From Cyclobacteriaceae bacterium (lineage in GTDB: Bacteria; Bacteroidota; Bacteroidia; Cytophagales; Cyclobacteriaceae), in NCBI GenBank assembly GCA_025350305.1, contig JANXYC010000160.1, positions 25,038-89,037 of the forward strand: DNA of 64,000 bases, given 5' to 3'. The stretch's first letter is position 1; the number at the start of each line of letters is the position of its first letter. The translations under genes were made by a program, and so were the position numbers. Positions 58,574-64,000 of this stretch are shown in pieces. A model generated the notes under the pieces. It was given only the letters and a program-made list of their open reading frames with translations, did no database searches and was not told the DNA's origin.

Positions 58574-60928
58574 TCAGGATTTAGGTACTTTCTTCTTATA
58601 AGTTGTCACCCTCTTATCATTAATAACACCTTTCCAATTAAGACCGAAACCAAAATCATATGCATTCCCTTCTGTATCAACATGTACTTTCATATCGTGC
58701 GGAACGTCTTCCAATTGTCGCTCAACTATATCCATATCGGCAGGCATTTGAACCGGAAGCAAAGCGGAAGGCTGAGCACCGCCTGACAGCACATCCATCA
58801 CGGCTTGATCCATCACCCCAAACCCATATAAAATTCCATCTACTTGTTTTTCGAACTCTGCAAATACCATTGGTTTATTTCCCTGAACAACCACCACGAC
58901 GGGCTTTCCTTTCATAGCTACTTTTGTATCCAGTATTGACTTTAGATCGCTAAAGTTGGAAGCCGTTATTTCTTTTCCTTTATAAGATCGGTTCGTAATC
59001 GTGGGGTCAATGACCGGGTCGCCTGCCGCAATACTTCTTTCCCGGGCAGCAGCTGCCACGTAAGGGCCGTATTGAAGTGAAATCGGAACATAACCATTGC
59101 CTCCCTTTTCCCGATCTTCTTTACTGTAACCCGTCATGCCTTCAGGACTTTTGACAAAGACAATTGCCAGGTCAGCCTGAGCGGGGTCTTCTGTTACATT
59201 AAAGTATTTTTTTGAGATATCAAGGCTCACTGGGTATTCAATGCGCTCAGGTGTTACGTTACCAAAGAAGTCCCTGGCGGCTGGAATTACACGCTTAGGA
59301 ATGTAAACCGTTTTGCTTTTTTTAAGGGGTAGGATTTTGCCTTTGTTCTTTAAGAGAATCAAAGACTTCAACTGTGCTTCATAACCAGCTGTCATATATT
59401 CCGAATTTCCAACAACACTCTTGGAGACCCGAGGATCTAAATAAGGATTTTCGAAAAGGCCGACACGAAAAATATTTTTCAACAATCGAACCGCGGACTC
59501 TTCCATTCGCTTTCGCATAGATTGTTCACCGTGCTCATTAACACCAATCTGATACGCCTCCAGCACAGGACCGGCAACATTGTTCCCGCCAAACTGATCG
59601 ACACCTGCCATAATAACTTTGTAGTGTCGCTGTGCAATGGTTTGAGCTTCTACTCCCCATGATTTCCCTGCAAAAATATCCGGGGTCTTTCCCTCATCAC
59701 CTGTTATCCGCCAATCGGTACATACTACTCCATCATATCCATATTTCTTCCTTAACAGATCCGTAATAATATATTTCGAAAAGCCATTACCCACATTTTC
59801 GTTATACTTAGTATCCTGATTGTAAGAGATAGTATAGTACGGCATAACAGCAGAAGCCATTTTGGTTTTTCCTGTTAAATTGAAAGCACCTTTTAGAAAA
59901 GGTATCAGGTGAGTATTAAAATTATTACCAGGATAAACTGCAAATTTTCCATAAGCGTAATGGCCATCTCGTCCACCTTCTTCAGGGCCACCACTGGGCC
60001 AGTGTTTTACCATAGCATTCACACTGTGGTATCCCCAACCATCCCTTATTTCAGAACCGTCGGAAGAAGTTTGAAATCCGTCCACATACGCTCTCGCCAT
60101 ATCTGCCGATAAAGTTGGGTCTTCTCCGAAAGTACCGTTGATTCTGTTCCACCTCGGCTCGGTGCCAAGATCAATTTGCGGAGAAAGGGCAGTAGCAATT
60201 CCTAACGCCCGATATTCTTTTCCTGCGATTGACCCAAATTTTTGCACGAGCGAAGGATCAAAGGTTGCAGCAAGACCCAGTGATTGAGGCCACATTGAAA
60301 TTTTTCCCCCACTACCGGCATTATACTCTGTACTGGCATCAACACCGTTGCGTGGGTCTGAACTTGTATTGACTGGAATTCCCAGCCCAAGGCCTTCAAC
60401 CAGCGCTTGTGCATTATTATTCCATCGTGCTGCCACTTCTGGACTTTCCACCGTAGTGATTAGCACATGCCGAAGATTGTCATTTGTTAAGAAATTTTTC
60501 TGCTGATCAGAGAGGTCGGAAGAAATAGCACCGCTTTCACCTAAAGCCGTTCCATTATAGGTACCACTTCCAAATCCTCCTGGTCTTGCCGGAATGGATT
60601 GATGTCCGCTATAAAGCATCAATCCTGCTATTTGCTCCACAGACATTTTTGAAGCAAGATCTTTTGCGCGTTCATCTACTGGCAATCGCCAGTCTTCATA
60701 TTTATCAAGACTTCCATTTTTATTCAAATCCTTAAAAGCCAAACCATCGACTGTCAATATTTCAATTGCAGATGCAGGCGAACGGCCTATGGTTTGTCCC
60801 TTTGGATTTGTGATGATTGAAAAGTTTTCACTTTTCTTCTCAGTCCATTGTTGACCAAATGTCGCTAAGGCCAACAGAAAACAGGATAAGGTAAATAGTG
60901 ATTTCAATGTGGATTGGATTGAGGGCAT
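58574..60928 (-). CDS. GH3 beta-glucosidase (secreted)
   Basis: IPVNTSSDPR, ALSPQIDLGTEPRWNR, AMVKHWP, GVVCTDW, GVDQFGG. Start at ATG 60928 (inside the palindromic element) or TTG 60907. Confidence 0.93.
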   Translation of the reverse strand: MPSIQSTLKSLFTLSCFLLALATFGQQWTEKKSENFSIITNPKGQTIGRSPASAIEILTVDGLAFKDLNKNGSLDKYEDWRLPVDERAKDLASKMSVEQIAGLMLYSGHQSIPARPGGFGSGTYNGTALGESGAISSDLSDQQKNFLTNDNLRHVLITTVESPEVAARWNNNAQALVEGLGLGIPVNTSSDPRNGVDASTEYNAGSGGKISMWPQSLGLAATFDPSLVQKFGSIAGKEYRALGIATALSPQIDLGTEPRWNRINGTFGEDPTLSADMARAYVDGFQTSSDGSEIRDGWGYHSVNAMVKHWPSGGPEEGGRDGHYAYGKFAVYPGNNFNTHLIPFLKGAFNLTGKTKMASAVMPYYTISYNQDTKYNENVGNGFSKYIITDLLRKKYGYDGVVCTDWRITGDEGKTPDIFAGKSWGVEAQTIAQRHYKVIMAGVDQFGGNNVAGPVLEAYQIGVNEHGEQSMRKRMEESAVRLLKNIFRVGLFENPYLDPRVSKSVVGNSEYMTAGYEAQLKSLILLKNKGKILPLKKSKTVYIPKRVIPAARDFFGNVTPERIEYPVSLDISKKYFNVTEDPAQADLAIVFVKSPEGMTGYSKEDREKGGNGYVPISLQYGPYVAAAARERSIAAGDPVIDPTITNRSYKGKEITASNFSDLKSILDTKVAMKGKPVVVVVQGNKPMVFAEFEKQVDGILYGFGVMDQAVMDVLSGGAQPSALLPVQMPADMDIVERQLEDVPHDMKVHVDTEGNAYDFGFGLNWKGVINDKRVTTYKKKVPKS

Positions 60929-61010
60929 CTCTAAAAACTCCTTGTACCCTTCTCTTCCGGAGAAGGGTAACGGGTTGAGGCCATAAAAGACAAGGTTTTT
61001 AGAGATGCCC
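60923..61010. mobile_element. 88-bp palindromic MITE-like element, copy 2
   Basis: Same TIRs as 44415-44502; open in frame with the GH3 gene on the minus strand. Confidence 0.8.
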
Positions 61011-61442
61011 TTGTTTAAATTCATTATGTTGTGATTACGCAATATTATCAATTTCAATCACTCGCACAACTTGATTTAGACTGTTCAGAGGAAATCCCCG
61101 ACTAACTGGTGCGGGTGGGTAATAAGCGCTTTGGCAGGAGTAAACCATCCCCAACCTAATCCCACCATCAAATGAGCTGGAAATAAAACTGTGTTCTCCC
61201 ATCTGGCCAATAATGTGGGTGATCCATTGTGTTTGTGGCAGGTTTTCATAGCCTGAAGAAAATTCAGGAGCATCATTTGCTTACCTGATATAATACGTAT
61301 TTTTAGGTTTCTCCTTAAAGTCGGGCCATGAGCAAACAAAATCAGCCTGCTTGCGCGCAAAAAATTTTGTGAAAAAAATCAACCAAAGCGCCTTTCCCCC
61401 TTACGATCCAAATGAACCGTGTTAACATATCCTTTCAAGAAA

Positions 61443-63074
61443 ATGAAAAAAATATTTATCCTATCGGTATTGTCACTCTTGTTGAGAGTGAATGCTGCCG
61501 CGCAGAGTAATAATCTCTTTTCGGTTCAAACCAAGATCATCAACGGTACCATTGAAGGCAACTATAACACCAAGACAGGTGTTCAGACGTACTTCGGGGT
61601 TCCTTTCGCCAAGCCACCCATCGGGATTCTTCGATGGAAAGCCCCTCAGCCGGTTGAGAATTGGAAGGATGTTAAAGAAACCAAGCGCTTTAGCTACAGA
61701 CCAATACAAGGGATTGTTTTTGGCGACATGAATTCACGATCAAACGGACTTAGTGAAGATTGTCTTTATCTCAACATATGGACACCGGCTACCCGGAATT
61801 CCAAAGACCTGCCTGTGCTGCTATATTACTTCGGAGGAGGAAATGTTGCCGGCGATGGTTCCGAACCCCGTTATGATGGCGAGAGCATGGCTAAAAAAGG
61901 AATTGTTGTTATAACCTGTAATTACCGGCTTAACATCTTTGGTTTCATGGCTCATCCGGAACTAAGTGCTGAATCGCCTTATAAAGCGTCCGGTAATTAT
62001 GGTCTGTTGGATCAATCAGCAGCCTTAAAATGGGTTTATGATAACATTGCCGCTTTTGGCGGCAATCCTAAAAAAATAACCATTGCTGGCGAGTCTGCCG
62101 GATCTTCTGGCGTAAGCTATCAAATGTCTTCGCCGCTCAGCAGAAACCTCCTGGCTGGGGCAATTGGTGAAAGTGGTTCCGGAATGAATTTAAGGAATGC
62201 ACCCGCATCGTTGGCGGAAGCAGAGAAAACAGGTGCTGATTTCGTGAAGAATGCCGGCTACACAAGCATTGCCCAGATGAGAGCATTAAGTACAAAAGAG
62301 GTGTATGAACTATACAATGAATCCAAAGGACTTAGATTCCCAATTGTCCTGGACAACTATTTCCTGCCCAAACCAATGAGTGCTATTTTCAATTCAAGAG
62401 AACAGGCGCAAGTACCGCTGTTGGCAGGATGGAATTCGGCAGAGGTTGACGGTGCTGCATTTATGAACGGGCAGGCGTACACAAAAGAAAACTTTGCCGA
62501 TAGGGTAAAGAAGGAGTACCCAAATGATTTTGATGAGGTCTTAAAGTTATATCCTTCAGACACGGAAAAGGAAATAGAAATTTCAGCTACCGCACTGGCC
62601 TCTGACCGGTTCATTGCGTATAGCACCTGGAAATGGTTTGAGATGCATAGAAAAAACAGCACGCAACCTGTCTATCGTTACCTGTATAGCAAATTACGCC
62701 CTCCGTTGGTTGATAACTCCCTGGCCTCCGGACTGGCGGGAGGCACTGTAAAGAAAGATCCAAACGCTGCCAAACACAATGAGCCGATTGGCGCCCCTCA
62801 TGCATGCGAGATTGAATATTGCATGGGCAACTTAAACTTAGTAAAAGAGTATGCCTGGACGGCGGAAGATTTCAAAGTCTCTGATACCATGCTAAACTAT
62901 TTTGCCAATTTCATTAAAACCGGAAATCCAAATGATGGCATACTGCCTGAATGGACTGCCGCTAAAGCCGGCGACGTCAATGCCCCTGTAATGATTATTA
63001 ATACTGAATCAAAAACAATCAATGCCGACGATATACGCTATCGCTTTTTAGACAGGGGACTCATCAAGAATTAA
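61443..63074 (+). CDS. type B carboxylesterase (para-nitrobenzyl esterase-like), secreted
   Basis: FGVPFAKPP, SEDCLYLNIW, GGNPKKITIAGESAG (GxSxG); signal peptide MKKIFILS. Confidence 0.93.
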   Translation: MKKIFILSVLSLLLRVNAAAQSNNLFSVQTKIINGTIEGNYNTKTGVQTYFGVPFAKPPIGILRWKAPQPVENWKDVKETKRFSYRPIQGIVFGDMNSRSNGLSEDCLYLNIWTPATRNSKDLPVLLYYFGGGNVAGDGSEPRYDGESMAKKGIVVITCNYRLNIFGFMAHPELSAESPYKASGNYGLLDQSAALKWVYDNIAAFGGNPKKITIAGESAGSSGVSYQMSSPLSRNLLAGAIGESGSGMNLRNAPASLAEAEKTGADFVKNAGYTSIAQMRALSTKEVYELYNESKGLRFPIVLDNYFLPKPMSAIFNSREQAQVPLLAGWNSAEVDGAAFMNGQAYTKENFADRVKKEYPNDFDEVLKLYPSDTEKEIEISATALASDRFIAYSTWKWFEMHRKNSTQPVYRYLYSKLRPPLVDNSLASGLAGGTVKKDPNAAKHNEPIGAPHACEIEYCMGNLNLVKEYAWTAEDFKVSDTMLNYFANFIKTGNPNDGILPEWTAAKAGDVNAPVMIINTESKTINADDIRYRFLDRGLIKN

Positions 63075-63177
63075 ACCTGGCGCAAAACCAATTTTCAAAT
63101 GCTTCTGGCCGTCGGCGGGCAGACGTTACGGCAGCTCAAGAGAATCCGGTCAAGTATCTGAAGACTGATTGATTTGA

Positions 63178-63430
63178 TTAATCCGTCACATCATATACGG
63201 CCGTAGGTTTCAGCCTGTCTTTTAAAACAACCTCACCTATTTTTTTACAGTTGAAAGATTCTTTCACCTTTTGATAAGACGATTCGTTGATCAGTATTTG
63301 TCCGGCCTCGGCGGCATTTTGTAAACGCTGTGTGGTATTGACTACCTCGCCAATAACGATATAGTCCAGCCGTTTAAGATTAGTAGACCCGATGTTGCCG
63401 GAGATCATCATGCCGCTGTTAATTCCAATA
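63178..63430 (-). pseudogene. adenylate/guanylate cyclase catalytic C-terminal remnant
   Basis: IGINSG..ISGNIGS..KRLDY.VIG.VVN..QRLQ..A..GQILI; the N-terminal half is absent. Confidence 0.75.
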
Positions 63431-63581
63431 GCGTTTTGGCAAATAGGATTTGCCATCCATTTGATCGGGAAGTGCATCCACCTTTTTCCGCAAGGCGTTA
63501 AATGGCCGTGTAACAACGTTTTTATGGGGAGATTCTGGACGAAATTTTTTCCGTTTGCCCTTTGGCAAAAAATGAACCGGG

Positions 63582-63800
63582 CTATTCAGGGAACCCTATC
63601 TTTTTTACGAGGCTCTTGTAGCGCGGGTCGCTTCTCAGCGAGAACAGTATGGGACCTGATTTAATATTGGCGAGGATGGTCAACCGCAACTGATAGCATT
63701 TCTCAAGCCATTCAAAAGCCAGGTCCTTATTCCCGGTGAAGGCATAGGCTTTATTTTGATGGACTTCGTAAAATGTTCAATTGCCTGGCTGTATGATGGC
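63582..63800 (-). pseudogene. TPR protein C-terminal remnant (same family as 54102-55103)
   Basis: YSQAIEHFTKSIKIKP, then in a shifted frame AYAFTGNKDLAFEWLEKCY...LRSDPRYKSLVKKIGFPE*. Confidence 0.65.
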
Positions 63801-63886
63801 ATCGGCATCATGATCATTGCTCATGATATAAATAATATTGGTTTTTTGTTGGGCGAAAGAGCACGGGTGCGAGTCTTCCATAAAAG

Positions 63887-63939
63887 CCTGCCTCGTGTTG
63901 GTGTTCGCGGCGGACTTGGGCGCGGCAACACCAACGCGC
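63887..63939. repeat. REP family C copy 3
   Basis: cctgcctcgtgttggtgttc is the exact reverse complement of 54081-54100; acaccaacgcgc is the exact reverse complement of 54050-54061. Confidence 0.88.
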
Positions 63940-64000
63940 ACACGGCTCGTAATAGCCACACCGATTCCAGGAAGCCATACGTATTTCATACGTTGTATGA

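Noticed and set aside
61085-61360. 91-aa ORF upstream of GH3
   Set aside because: No frame gave a family I could recognise; may be gene debris but is unsupported.
189-63989. Numerous 60-220 aa ORFs antisense to or nested in real genes (e.g. 28376-29038, 30843-31382, 50283-50774)
   Set aside because: Shadow ORFs of well-supported genes with no motifs of their own.
1-64000. tRNA, rRNA, tmRNA or riboswitch genes
   Set aside because: No T-loop/acceptor-stem pattern or known aptamer consensus was recognised by eye; a tRNAscan/Infernal run would be decisive.

Overview
64 kb of a Bacteroidota chromosome, most likely Cytophagales. Support: T9SS-type C-terminal domain, TAnnTTTG promoters, long SecA, and CarB without an MGS domain. 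Intact housekeeping genes (gltX, glmS, panC, secA, dapF, carB, murQ, der, GGGP synthase, acyl-CoA dehydrogenase) alternate with small accessory patches. No rRNA, tRNA or CRISPR array was recognised. Main unexplained structure: (1) two relics of a class C-like group II intron, sharing a 62-bp direct repeat, bracket an ECF42-type sigma/YciI/VOC cassette; (2) an internally deleted RAYT transposase sits between inverted REPs, and a third REP copy 10 kb away brackets a block whose two ends are REP-adjacent TPR gene remnants; (3) a five-gene SpoIIM/DUF4129/DUF4350/MoxR/DUF58 operon has collapsed to 1.8 kb through three deletions; (4) an AT-rich KAP NTPase island carries two coupled membrane micro-ORFs; (5) at least five unrelated palindromic repeat families occur, including an 88-bp element read through in frame at the 5' end of a GH3 gene, a 110-bp REP mosaic, and a diverged duplicate of the carB 3' end. 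Several single-base indels, mostly in homopolymer runs, suggest long-read assembly noise, so frameshifts and deletions need read-level checking. All family assignments come from motif recognition by eye; no database search was run.
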